Part shown: positions 50,340-58,844 of the stretch, piece after piece
Numbering within the stretch: the first letter of the stretch is position 1
Layout: each line of letters begins with the position of its first letter
Assembly: GCF_035998965.1 (NCBI RefSeq)
Contig: NZ_DASYHE010000103.1
Coordinates: forward strand, 1,383-65,382
Direction: 5' to 3'
Length of the DNA stretch: 64,000 nucleotides
Source: Sphingopyxis sp.
GTDB lineage: Bacteria > Pseudomonadota > Alphaproteobacteria > Sphingomonadales > Sphingomonadaceae
Position numbers and translations under genes: made by a program
Notes under the pieces: model-generated
What the model was told of the DNA's origin: nothing
The model's input: only the letters and a program-made list of their open reading frames with translations
Database searches by the model: none

Positions 50340-51269
50340 CTATTTCTTCAACCCGATTTCGCGCAGCCGCTGTTGCAGATAGTCGTCGGCGGTTATCGGC
50401 GTCGGATACAGGTTCGGATGCGCATCATCAATGCAGCTCTCTAGCGTCTCGATCAGGTAATCCGAGCGGAAGTGCAGGAAGAAGGGCATCGAGTAGCGCG
50501 CGACACTCGCGCGGCCCGCATCGGGGTTGCGGACGCGGTGGGTGGTCGAGGGGAGCTTGTTGTTGGTCAGCCGTTGCAGCATGTCGCCGACATTGACCGC
50601 CATAGCCCCCGGCGGCGGGCTGACCGGGAGCCAACTGCCGTCCTTGTCGAGGATTTCGAGGCCCGCCTCTTCGGCGCCGAGCAGCAGCGTGATCGTATTG
50701 ATGTCCTCATGCGCCTCCGCGCGGATGCCTTTGGCGGGGGCTTCGACGGGGGGATAGTGGAGCAGGCGCATCACGCTGTTGCCGTCGAGCACCGTGTCTT
50801 CGAAGAAATCGGGTGCAAGGCCCAGGTAGCGGGCAATGCCGGACAGCAATTGGCCGCCGACGCGGTCGAATTCGGCGAACAATTTGTCATAGACGGCGCG
50901 GAAGCCGTCGACTTCGGCGGGCCAGACATTGTTCGGCTGCTGCGCGGCGAGGCGGTGACCGGCGGGCAGGTCGCGGCCGACGTGCCAGAATTCCTTGAGG
51001 TCGACTTCCTTGGCGCCCTTGGCGATCTCGGTGCCGAACGGGGTGTAACCGCGCGCGCCGCCGCTACCGGGGATGTGATAGGCGCGTTTCACCTCTTCGG
51101 GCAGCGCGAAGAAATCCTTCGCCTTTGCCCAGGCATCGTCGATCAGCGCCGGGTCGATGCCATGATCGGTGATCATCGCAAAGCCGAAGCGTTCGAACGA
51201 GGCGCCAAAGTCCTTGGCGAACTGGTCGGCTGGAAGCGACATCGAAATGGTGGGAACAGCGGCGGTCAT
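50340..51269 (-). CDS. Isopenicillin N synthase-like 2OG-Fe(II) oxygenase
   Basis: HEDINTIT, NVGDML, STTHRV, RYSMPFF. Confidence 0.93.
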   Translation of the reverse strand: MTAAVPTISMSLPADQFAKDFGASFERFGFAMITDHGIDPALIDDAWAKAKDFFALPEEVKRAYHIPGSGGARGYTPFGTEIAKGAKEVDLKEFWHVGRDLPAGHRLAAQQPNNVWPAEVDGFRAVYDKLFAEFDRVGGQLLSGIARYLGLAPDFFEDTVLDGNSVMRLLHYPPVEAPAKGIRAEAHEDINTITLLLGAEEAGLEILDKDGSWLPVSPPPGAMAVNVGDMLQRLTNNKLPSTTHRVRNPDAGRASVARYSMPFFLHFRSDYLIETLESCIDDAHPNLYPTPITADDYLQQRLREIGLKK

Positions 51270-51404
51270 AGCATCATCCAATTTGGGGCGGCGCTTGGGC
51301 GGCCGCGACTCTGTTCCCGCATGTAGGGGCGTCGGCGGGGCAGGGAAAGAGGCTCGCTCTTTTCAAGTGAGGCGGCGATGCGTACAGATCGATGCGTAAG
51401 GATC

Positions 51405-51537
51405 AAACCCCTCTCCTTCAGGGGAGGGGCGGCGAGACTTGCGAACTTGTTCGCTAGTCGCAGCGGGGTGGGGTCTATCGGCCTTGCTCTACGACGCGAA
51501 ACCCCACCCCAACCCCTCCCCTGAAGGGGAGGGGCTT
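51405..51537. repeat. Palindromic repeat family D
   Basis: CCCCTCTCCTTCAGGGGAGGGG ... CCCCTCCCCTGAAGGGGAGGGG; reverse copy of 56110-56236. Confidence 0.88.
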
Positions 51538-51550
51538 AAGAAGAGCGCGC

Positions 51551-51976
51551 ATGAGCAAGCAATATTGGCTGATGAAATCCGAACCCGACGCCTATCCGTG
51601 GGAGCAGCTGGTGCGCGAAGGCACCGGCATCTGGGACGGGGTGCGCAATCATACCGCGAAGCTCAATCTGAAAGCGATGCGGGTCGGGGACGAGGCGCTG
51701 TTTTATCACAGCAATATCGGCAAGGAATGCGTCGGGATCATGCGCATCACCGAAACCGCCTTCCCCGACCCGACTGCCGACGAAGGATCGCCGTGGGTCG
51801 TGGTACGCGTCGAACCGGTTCGGGCGCTGAAGCATCCGGTGACGCTGGCGGCGATCAAGGCCGATCCGAAACTCGCCGACATGGATTTGATCCGCCAGTC
51901 GCGGCTGTCGGTCGGGCGCGTGACGCCCGACGAGTGGAAGCATATTTTGCAGAAATCGGAGACGGCGGGGGGCTGA
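51551..51976 (+). CDS. EVE domain protein
   Basis: YWLMKSEP, WDGVRN, RLSV. Confidence 0.95.
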   Translation: MSKQYWLMKSEPDAYPWEQLVREGTGIWDGVRNHTAKLNLKAMRVGDEALFYHSNIGKECVGIMRITETAFPDPTADEGSPWVVVRVEPVRALKHPVTLAAIKADPKLADMDLIRQSRLSVGRVTPDEWKHILQKSETAGG

Positions 51977-51982
51977 GCTAAA

Positions 51983-52122
51983 AATCCTCCCTGTCGCGCA
52001 GCGATGGGGAGGGGGACCGTCCGCGCAGCGGATGGTGGAGGGGTTTTACGGCGGTGGCGCTATTGCCCCTCCGTCAGCGCTTCGCGCTGCCACCTCCCCA
52101 TGGCTTCGCCACAGGGAGGATC
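51983..52122. repeat. Family A repeat
   Basis: AATCCTCCCTGTCGCGCAGCGATGGGGAGG ... CCATGGCTTCGCCACAGGGAGGAT. Confidence 0.92.
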
Positions 52123-52124
52123 TT

Positions 52125-52454
52125 TCAACCCTGACGCAGCTGCACCTGCAAATGCTTCGCCACCGACGGGTGCAGCGGGTGGACGAACTCGCACCCGTAA
52201 TTATTGCCGTCGGCGCGGCGGACCACGGCTTCCAGCGGTTGCAGCCCGGGCAGGTTCACCCAGATATGCTTGCCGATCTGCGGCCGGAAAAAGGTGACCA
52301 TGCGAAAACCGGTCGATGACAGGTCGAACAATTCGACGTCGAACGGATTCAGCCCCGGCTCGCGATAGCGCGCACGGCCTTTGACGGGAGCGCGCTCGGC
52401 GCGGCGGCCGGTGACGGCGGGTCGTTTGGTTTCGATGATGCGATTGCCCAACAA
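52125..52454 (-). CDS. PilZ domain protein
   Basis: RRAER (RxxxR) and DLSSTG (DxSxxG). Confidence 0.88.
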   Translation of the reverse strand: MLGNRIIETKRPAVTGRRAERAPVKGRARYREPGLNPFDVELFDLSSTGFRMVTFFRPQIGKHIWVNLPGLQPLEAVVRRADGNNYGCEFVHPLHPSVAKHLQVQLRQG

Positions 52455-52541
52455 TGTTCTGGCCCCAGATTTATCTCTTCATTTCGGGGCTTTTAGCCCG
52501 CCAGTGGTTACCTCAACATGAAGAGACATGGTGAATTCTGC

Positions 52542-53132
52542 CTACATCGTTGGTGCCTCGCTGACCGCCATCAATTGGCCAGGAAACGGGGTCGCGAGCG
52601 CCACCGCGTCGCGCCATTCGCCGCTCAGCCAAATCGCATGTTGGTCGGGGTGCAGGATCACCGGCATCGCATGTGGCTGATAGCGACCGCCCAGCCGGTT
52701 GGGGTCGGTGGCAAGCATCGCAAAACAGGGCCAGTCCTCGCCCTGACGGTGGATTCCGGCAAAGGCGAAGATCGGCAGCGACGGCACCGAAAACCAGTGT
52801 TGGCGGCGCGCCCCCTCCAGCCCCGACCACTCGGCAAAGGCGGTGGCGGGGATCAGGCAGCGCAGCTCGGCGTGGCGCAGCGTGCCGATCCAGAATGGAC
52901 TTTGCAGGTTGCGCACGTGCGTGACCGGTCGATCGCCGCGCGGCGGGGGCGGCACGCCCCACAGCTTGGGGCGCAGAAAGCGGCGCGCGCCGCCGCGACC
53001 GTCGCTGACGATCACCGGCGCGGGGCGTCCGGGGGCGACGTAATCGCCGCTCCATGGGTCGTCGCCCGCCTCGGCATCAAACGTCGCGGCGATCGCTGCG
53101 GCGGGGGCGTCGAGACGGTAAAGACTTGTCAT
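52542..53132 (-). CDS. SRAP (SOS response-associated peptidase, HMCES/YedK-like) family protein
   Basis: RCLIPATAFAEW, FAFAGI, AMPVIL; the N-terminus is MTSLY instead of MC. Confidence 0.85.
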   Translation of the reverse strand: MTSLYRLDAPAAAIAATFDAEAGDDPWSGDYVAPGRPAPVIVSDGRGGARRFLRPKLWGVPPPPRGDRPVTHVRNLQSPFWIGTLRHAELRCLIPATAFAEWSGLEGARRQHWFSVPSLPIFAFAGIHRQGEDWPCFAMLATDPNRLGGRYQPHAMPVILHPDQHAIWLSGEWRDAVALATPFPGQLMAVSEAPTM

Positions 53133-53142
53133 CGCAGGGGTT

Positions 53143-53544
53143 TCAGTCGGTCCCGCGCACCCGTCCGCGCCCGGCTTTGACGCTGCTGCGCGCCTTCTTG
53201 CTATCGACTCGGCGCGCTTTGGCGGCCTTGCTCGGTTTGGTCTTGATCCGGCGTTCGGGGCGCACCAGCGCGGCATCGATCAGCGCCGACAGCCGCTCGC
53301 GCGCATCGGCGCGGTTGCCTTCCTGGGTACGGTACCGGCGAGCGAGGATGATCAGCTCGCCATCGGTCGTCATCCGGCTGCCCGCCAGCGTTTTCAAGCG
53401 CTTGAACGCTTCGGGGTCGAGTCCCAACGCATAGACGTTGACGCGCAGCTGGCACGCGGTCGCGACCTTGTTGACATTCTGCCCGCCGGGACCGGTGCCG
53501 GCGAGAAACTTCTCCGAAATCGCGCTTTCCGGAATGTCAGCCAC
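53143..53544 (-). CDS. arfB: Alternative ribosome rescue factor B
   Basis: GPGGQNVNKV, RTQEGNR and a basic C-terminal tail. Confidence 0.93.
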   Translation of the reverse strand: MADIPESAISEKFLAGTGPGGQNVNKVATACQLRVNVYALGLDPEAFKRLKTLAGSRMTTDGELIILARRYRTQEGNRADARERLSALIDAALVRPERRIKTKPSKAAKARRVDSKKARSSVKAGRGRVRGTD

Positions 53545-54220
53545 GCGTTGGTTCCGCTCCCTCCGGCGCGGTGAAGCCCAGCGCGATGAAGCTATCGGGG
53601 AAGGGCGCTTCGGCAATTATGGACGGCTTGACGTCACGTTTTACAACCAGCCGTTCGGCGTGGAGCAGGGTGCGGGTTTTGGTGCCGCCGCGCCCGTAAA
53701 CCGGATCGCCGACCAGCGCGAAGCCCAATCCTTCGAGCGCATGGACGCGGATCTGATGGGTGCGGCCGGTTTCGGGACGAAAGCGCAGGAGGCTGCGACC
53801 ATCGACGACGGCCAGCTTTTCCCAATGCGAAATCGACGGCTTGCCTTTTGGGTCGCCGACCATCCGCCAGCCCTCCTCGGCGGTCGACACCTTGCTCAGC
53901 GGCAGGTTGATTGTACCGCTGTCGGCGTCGGGCACGCCATCGACGATCGCCAGATATTGCTTCTCGACCTCGCGATCCTCGAACGCGCGGGTGAACCGCC
54001 CATGCGCCTTGGGATTGCGCGCCAGCAGCAGACAGCCCGACGTGTCACGGTCGAGCCGGTGGACCGCGAGCGGCCAGCGCTTGAACCCGAACTTGAGCAG
54101 GTCGAGATGATTCTCAAGGCTGATGCTGCCGTCGCGCGGGGCGTCGACGGGCAGGCCAGCGGGCTTGTCGATCACAAGAGCCTCGCCATCGAGGAAAAGG
54201 ACACGGTCTGAAAGGAGCAT
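53537..54220 (-). CDS. RluA family pseudouridine synthase
   Basis: HRLDRDTSG, GRTHQIRVH, GDPVY. Confidence 0.95.
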   Translation of the reverse strand: MLLSDRVLFLDGEALVIDKPAGLPVDAPRDGSISLENHLDLLKFGFKRWPLAVHRLDRDTSGCLLLARNPKAHGRFTRAFEDREVEKQYLAIVDGVPDADSGTINLPLSKVSTAEEGWRMVGDPKGKPSISHWEKLAVVDGRSLLRFRPETGRTHQIRVHALEGLGFALVGDPVYGRGGTKTRTLLHAERLVVKRDVKPSIIAEAPFPDSFIALGFTAPEGAEPTRG

Positions 54221-54319
54221 GGCGCGCTATAGGCGGAGCCGAGGGCAGCCGAAAGCGGAAAGGTTGGTGGGACGGAGGAGGGAGGGGCGGTTTGGGGTGG
54301 GGAGCTGCCCTTTCTTGTT

Positions 54320-54397
54320 CGTCATTCCGGCGAAGGCCGGGATCTCGCCGGTGCGTAAATCCGAGAGGGTGAGATCCCGGCCTTCGCCGGGATGACG
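54320..54397. repeat. CGTC-type REP doublet (family B)
   Basis: CGTCATTCCGGCGAAGGCCGGGATC ... GATCCCGGCCTTCGCCGGGATGACG. Confidence 0.9.
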
Positions 54398-54406
54398 ATA
54401 ATGAAT

Positions 54407-54543
54407 AATCCTCCCTGTCGCGCAGCGATGGGGAGGGGGACTGTCGCCGCAGGCGATGGTGGAGGGGCAGCGCCGTTGCGCCAAAGCCCCTCCGTCAGCG
54501 CTTCGCGCTGCCACCTCCCCATGGCTTCGCCACAGGGAGGATT
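54407..54543. repeat. Family A repeat
   Basis: AATCCTCCCTGTCGCGCAGC ... GCTTCGCCACAGGGAGGATT. Confidence 0.92.
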
Positions 54544-54548
54544 CTTAC

Positions 54549-55144
54549 TCAGGCGGCCTGCCTCAATTCTTCGATAGCCGCCGTCGCGCGGTTCACCGCT
54601 TCGCCGTCCATCATCTGCTGCCCCGCTTCGATCACGGTGACGTCGGTGATCCCGACGAAGCCGAGGACGTGGCGCAGATAGCCGGTGGCGAAATCAGTGG
54701 CGCTGCCGACCGGCACGCCGCCCGATGCGACGACCGATAGGCCTTTTTGCCCGTCAGCAGTCCTTCGGGACCGGTTTCGGTGTAGCGGAAGGTGCGGCGG
54801 GCGCGGGCGATCTGGTCGATCCAGGCCTTGAGCGCCGCGGGGATCGCGAAATTATACACCGGGACGCCGATGACGATCGTGTCGGCGGCTTCAAGTTCGG
54901 CGATCAGTTCGTCCGAATGGGCGAGCACCGCGCGCTGGTCGTCGCTGCGATCGGCATCGTCGGTGAAGTTGGCGCCAACCCAGCTTTCGGTCAGCAGTGC
55001 GGGCGGGGTGAGCGCCAGGTCGCGGCGGGTGACCGCGCTGCCATAACCCTGTTCGACCAGGCGCGCGACGAGCTGGTCGGCAAGCTGGCGGGTGGTCGAA
55101 CCGCTGTGGCGGGCCGAGGCGTCGATGCGAAGAATATGCGACAT
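54549..55144 (-). pseudogene. azoR: FMN-dependent NADH-azoreductase with a 1-bp frameshift at ~54735
   Basis: RIDASAR, PVYNFAIPAALKAWID, FRYTETGPEGL. After KKAY the family C-terminus (VVASGG..GSATDFATGYLRHVLGFVGITDV) continues in another frame to TGA at 54549. Confidence 0.88.
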
Positions 55145-55176
55145 GAGATGACTTCTTTGATTTGAATCGGAAGCAG

Positions 55177-55262
55177 AAGGGAGGGGAGGTGCCGCGAGCC
55201 GGGGGAAACTCGCGGCACCTGGGTGGGCCGCCGCCTCAAGGGAGGGGACAAGGCGGCGGCCC
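55177..55262 (-). ncRNA. Candidate structured RNA: two perfect 12-bp hairpins with CCCCUCCCUU motifs
   Basis: Stems at 55187-55220 and 55225-55262; AAGGGAGGGGA occurs twice on + (55177, 55238). Confidence 0.4.
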
Positions 55263-55273
55263 AAGGGGTGTCG

Positions 55274-55972
55274 TCAGAGGCTGTCGACGAGCACCAGCTC
55301 GGCGTCGTCGATGGCCTCGACAGTGATCGTCCCGACATCGCGCAGCGCGATGCCGTCGCGGGGATCGGCGTCGGTGCCGTTGACGCGGATGCGGCCCTTG
55401 GCAGCCACCAGATAGGCGTGGCGTCCGGCATCGAGGTCGTAGGAGACGCTCTCGCCCGCGTTCACCGTTGCCGCCGCCACCCGGGCATTCGCACGGATCG
55501 GCAGCGCGTCGGCGTCGCCGTCGATGCCGCTGGCCAAGGTTACGAACTGGCCCGACCGGTCATTCTTGGGGAACTGCCGCGCGCCCCAGCCGGGGTTGCC
55601 GCCCGCCTGATCGGGCATGATCCAAATCTGGAACAGCGTGGTTTCCTCGTCTTCCAGGTTGAACTCGCTGTGGGTCACCCCGGTGCCTGCGCTCATCACC
55701 TGGACATCGCCTGCCGCGGTGCGACCGGTGTTGCCCATGCTGTCGCGGTGGGTGATCGCGCCGGTGCGAACATAGGTGATGATTTCCATGTCGCGGTGCG
55801 GATGCGGGGGGAAGCCCGACTGCGCCGCAATGGCGTCGTCGTTCCAGACGCGCAGCGCGCCCCAGCCCATCCGGCCTTCGTCGTAATAGTTGGCGAAGGA
55901 AAAGTGATGACGGGCGTCGAGCCAGCCGTGGTTGGCGTGGCCCAGCGTGTCGAATTTGCGAATGTCGATCAT
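55274..55972 (-). CDS. Pirin family protein
   Basis: HHFSFA.Y, LRVWNDD, HPHRDMEIITY, MSAGTG..HSE. Confidence 0.96.
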   Translation of the reverse strand: MIDIRKFDTLGHANHGWLDARHHFSFANYYDEGRMGWGALRVWNDDAIAAQSGFPPHPHRDMEIITYVRTGAITHRDSMGNTGRTAAGDVQVMSAGTGVTHSEFNLEDEETTLFQIWIMPDQAGGNPGWGARQFPKNDRSGQFVTLASGIDGDADALPIRANARVAAATVNAGESVSYDLDAGRHAYLVAAKGRIRVNGTDADPRDGIALRDVGTITVEAIDDAELVLVDSL

Positions 55973-56109
55973 GGCCTTGTCCTTTCTGTCGCGCCGCGCC
56001 TTGGCGGGATGCCCGGCGATGCTGCGGTGTTGAGGACAAGATAGCGATGGAGATCGTTTCTGAAATAGCGTAGATAGAAATCTATTGTTTCCAATTTGAA
56101 TGTGATAGG

Positions 56110-56236
56110 AAAGCCCCTCCCCTTCAGGGGAGGGGTTGGGGTGGGGTCTGTCGGTGTAGCGCAAGGCCGATAGACCCCGCCCGCTGCGACTAGGCAGCCA
56201 AGCTGCCAAGTCTCGCTGCCCTCCCCTGAAGGGGAG
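56110..56236. repeat. Palindromic repeat family D
   Basis: AAGCCCCTCCCCTTCAGGGGAGGGGTTGGGGTGGGG ... CCCTCCCCTGAAGGGGAG. Confidence 0.88.
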
Positions 56237-56252
56237 TGAAAAGGAGGATCAG

Positions 56253-57179
56253 ATGTCGCTACCCGATTACGAAGGCTGGGCCTGTTTCGCCGCGGTTGCC
56301 GACAGCGGCAGCTTTACCGCCGCCGCCGCATCGCTGGGCATGTCGAAGGCGAGCGTGTCGAAGGCGGTGACGCGTCTCGAAACATCGCTCGGCATTGCGT
56401 TGCTCCATCGCAGCTCGCGCACGGTCACCGTCTCCACCGCCGGCGCGGGATTGCTTGGCGAGGCGCAGGCGATGGTCGCGGCCGCGACCGCGGCGACCGA
56501 GGCGGCGCGCGGCGATCGCGTCGATCTGGCGGGACCGATCCGTCTCGCCGCGCCGATGAGCTTCGGGATCAAGGTGCTCGGAGCGCCGCTCGCGGCGTTT
56601 CTTGCCATGCACCCGGCGGTCGAGATCGAAGTCATGCTGAGCGATGCGCGCCACGACCTGATTGCCGAGGGCATCGACCTCAGCCTGCGCATCGCGAGCA
56701 TGGAAGATTCGAGCCTGCTCGCGCGGACCATTGCGCCGGTCGCCGCGTCGGTCATAGCCAGCCCCGCCTATCTGGACCAGCGCGGTACCCCCCGCCACCC
56801 GCTCGATCTCGGCTCGCATCGACTGATCGGCTATGGTCACCGCGAACGCACCCTGCCGCTGCGCTTCCACCGCGATGGCGAGGAGGCGACGGTGATCCCG
56901 ACCGGGCCTTTGTTCACCAACAATGGCGATATCATGATCCCGCTGCTGATCGCCGGCGGCGGCATCGCGGTGCTGCCCGACTTCATCGCCGAGGAGGCGC
57001 TGGCGTCGGGCGCACTGGTTCGCATCCTGACCGACTGGTCGATTCCGCAGGCCTATCTGCACCTGCTGTCGCCGCCATCGCGGCTGCGCCCGGCGCGCGT
57101 GCGCGCGCTCGCCGACCATCTGGTCGAGACACTGAAGCGGTCGTGCATTGGCCGCGACTCGCCGGATTCCGCGGGTTAA
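56253..57179 (+). CDS. LysR family regulator, divergent from pirin
   Basis: SFTAAA..LG.SKASVSKAV..LE..LG..LLHRSSR. Confidence 0.96.
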   Translation: MSLPDYEGWACFAAVADSGSFTAAAASLGMSKASVSKAVTRLETSLGIALLHRSSRTVTVSTAGAGLLGEAQAMVAAATAATEAARGDRVDLAGPIRLAAPMSFGIKVLGAPLAAFLAMHPAVEIEVMLSDARHDLIAEGIDLSLRIASMEDSSLLARTIAPVAASVIASPAYLDQRGTPRHPLDLGSHRLIGYGHRERTLPLRFHRDGEEATVIPTGPLFTNNGDIMIPLLIAGGGIAVLPDFIAEEALASGALVRILTDWSIPQAYLHLLSPPSRLRPARVRALADHLVETLKRSCIGRDSPDSAG

Positions 57180-57191
57180 ATCAAAATTAAC
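57176..57191. promoter_or_regulatory. Perfect CtrA box in the ctrA promoter, with adjacent GANTC sites
   Basis: TTAA-ATCAAAA-TTAAC; GACTC at 57156, GATTC at 57165 and an extra TTAACCA half site on the minus strand at ~57213-57219. Confidence 0.85.
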
Positions 57192-57319
57192 CTTTTCCCT
57201 TCATTAGTTTCGTGGTTAATGTTCCGGCAGTCCGCAACAGGGGTCGGTCGGTGGCATCGCACGATAGCCAGGTGATCGGAAAAGCAGGGCTGTCGTGGGA
57301 AACAATCAAGGGGTGCCCA

Positions 57320-58027
57320 ATGCGTGTATTGCTGATCGAGGACGAGCCGACGACCGCCAAGGCGATCGACACGATGCTCACGACCGAAGGCTTCAACGTC
57401 TATACCACCGATCTGGGGGAAGAAGGCTTGGATCTGGGTAAGCTCTATGATTACGATATCATCCTGCTCGACCTGAACCTGCCCGACATGCACGGCTATG
57501 ACGTGCTGAAAAAGCTCCGCACTGCGAAGGTGCAGACGCCGGTGCTGATCCTGTCGGGCATTTCCGAAATGGACAGCAAAGTGCGCTCGTTCGGCTTTGG
57601 TGCCGACGATTATGTCACCAAGCCGTTCCACCGCGACGAACTGGTCGCCCGCATCCATGCGGTCGTCCGCCGGTCGAAGGGCCACAGCCAGAGCGTCATC
57701 AAGACGGGCAAGCTGGCAGTCAATCTGGACACCAAGACGGTCGAGGTCGACACCACCCGCGTGCATCTGACCGGCAAGGAATATCAGATGCTTGAGCTGC
57801 TTTCGCTGCGCAAGGGCACGACGCTGACCAAGGAAATGTTCCTGAACCACCTTTATGGCGGCATGGACGAACCCGAACTCAAAATCATCGACGTCTTTAT
57901 CTGCAAGCTGCGCAAGAAACTGGCGCTGGCGTGCGAGGGCGAAAACTATATCGAGACGGTCTGGGGCCGCGGCTATGTCCTGCGCGACATCGATGATGAG
58001 GGCAATGAGGTGCGCCGCGTCGCCTGA
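57320..58027 (+). CDS. ctrA: Cell cycle response regulator CtrA
   Basis: [41 protein letters not shown]. Confidence 0.99.
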   Translation: MRVLLIEDEPTTAKAIDTMLTTEGFNVYTTDLGEEGLDLGKLYDYDIILLDLNLPDMHGYDVLKKLRTAKVQTPVLILSGISEMDSKVRSFGFGADDYVTKPFHRDELVARIHAVVRRSKGHSQSVIKTGKLAVNLDTKTVEVDTTRVHLTGKEYQMLELLSLRKGTTLTKEMFLNHLYGGMDEPELKIIDVFICKLRKKLALACEGENYIETVWGRGYVLRDIDDEGNEVRRVA

Positions 58028-58056
58028 CGCTTCGCTTCTCGTCAAGAGTTAACCGA

Positions 58057-58095
58057 GGGAAACCGGCGCGGAGCAAACCGCGCCGGTTTTCCTTT
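58057..58095 (+). terminator. Intrinsic terminator after ctrA
   Basis: AAACCGGCGCGG-AGCAAA-CCGCGCCGGTTT stem followed by TCCTTT. Confidence 0.75.
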
Positions 58096-58168
58096 GGGGT
58101 TTCGGGGCGAGCCATCGCCATTGGCATGCAATGATTGGAAGCGGCCGAAAAGCGGACAAATATGGCAT

Positions 58169-58271
58169 CGTCATCCTGAACTTGTTTCAGGATCCATGGT
58201 CTGTGGTTTCCTTCGGCGCCGCGCCAAATTCGAGCTCAGGCCATGGATGCTGAAACAAGTTCAGCATGACG
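58169..58271. repeat. CGTC-type REP doublet (family B variant)
   Basis: CGTCATCCTGAACTTGTTTCAGGATCC ... GGATGCTGAAACAAGTTCAGCATGACG. Confidence 0.88.
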
Positions 58272-58305
58272 AGTTTAAAGATCAGCCCCCCACCTTAAAC
58301 CGACC

Positions 58306-58740
58306 CTAACGCTTGACCCCATAATGCCCGGGCAGGCTGGTTGCGCGCGACAGGCCGGGGCGCCAGGTCGAAATACGCGGCGCGGGGACGATCTGAAAAT
58401 CGGCCTTGCTGTCGGCGGTGACCAGTTGATCGCTACTCGCCGCGCGCAGGCGCGACGTTTCGACCGGCTTGTCGGTTTCGATCCCGAATCGGTTCCCCGC
58501 GACCCAGCGCACCGTGCCCAGCATCGCTTCATGGCCCGACAGGAAAATGGTGATGCGCTCGCCGATTTGCAGCACATGCGGTCCCTGGCCGCCGACGCCC
58601 GTCAGCGAGACATTGCGGATGGTCACGTCGAACTGGCCCAGTCGCTTGCACGCAAGCGCGGCCTTGACCAGGCGCGACTGCCGCGGCTGGCGCTTTTCGT
58701 CTGGCGGTGCTGAGGCTGGGGGAGCCTCGGGAATTGACAT
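58306..58740 (-). CDS. PilZ domain protein
   Basis: KRQPR (one Arg of RxxxR shifted), NVSLTG, VRWV.G...GI. Confidence 0.8.
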   Translation of the reverse strand: MSIPEAPPASAPPDEKRQPRQSRLVKAALACKRLGQFDVTIRNVSLTGVGGQGPHVLQIGERITIFLSGHEAMLGTVRWVAGNRFGIETDKPVETSRLRAASSDQLVTADSKADFQIVPAPRISTWRPGLSRATSLPGHYGVKR

Positions 58741-58844
58741 GGCGCGACCCATCGCTGTCGCCCAACCCCCACGTTGGCCGAGATTCATGGTCCCAGCTTT
58801 GCGGTAACAGCGGAAGGTAAATTTTCGTATAGCGTGTTCGGTAA

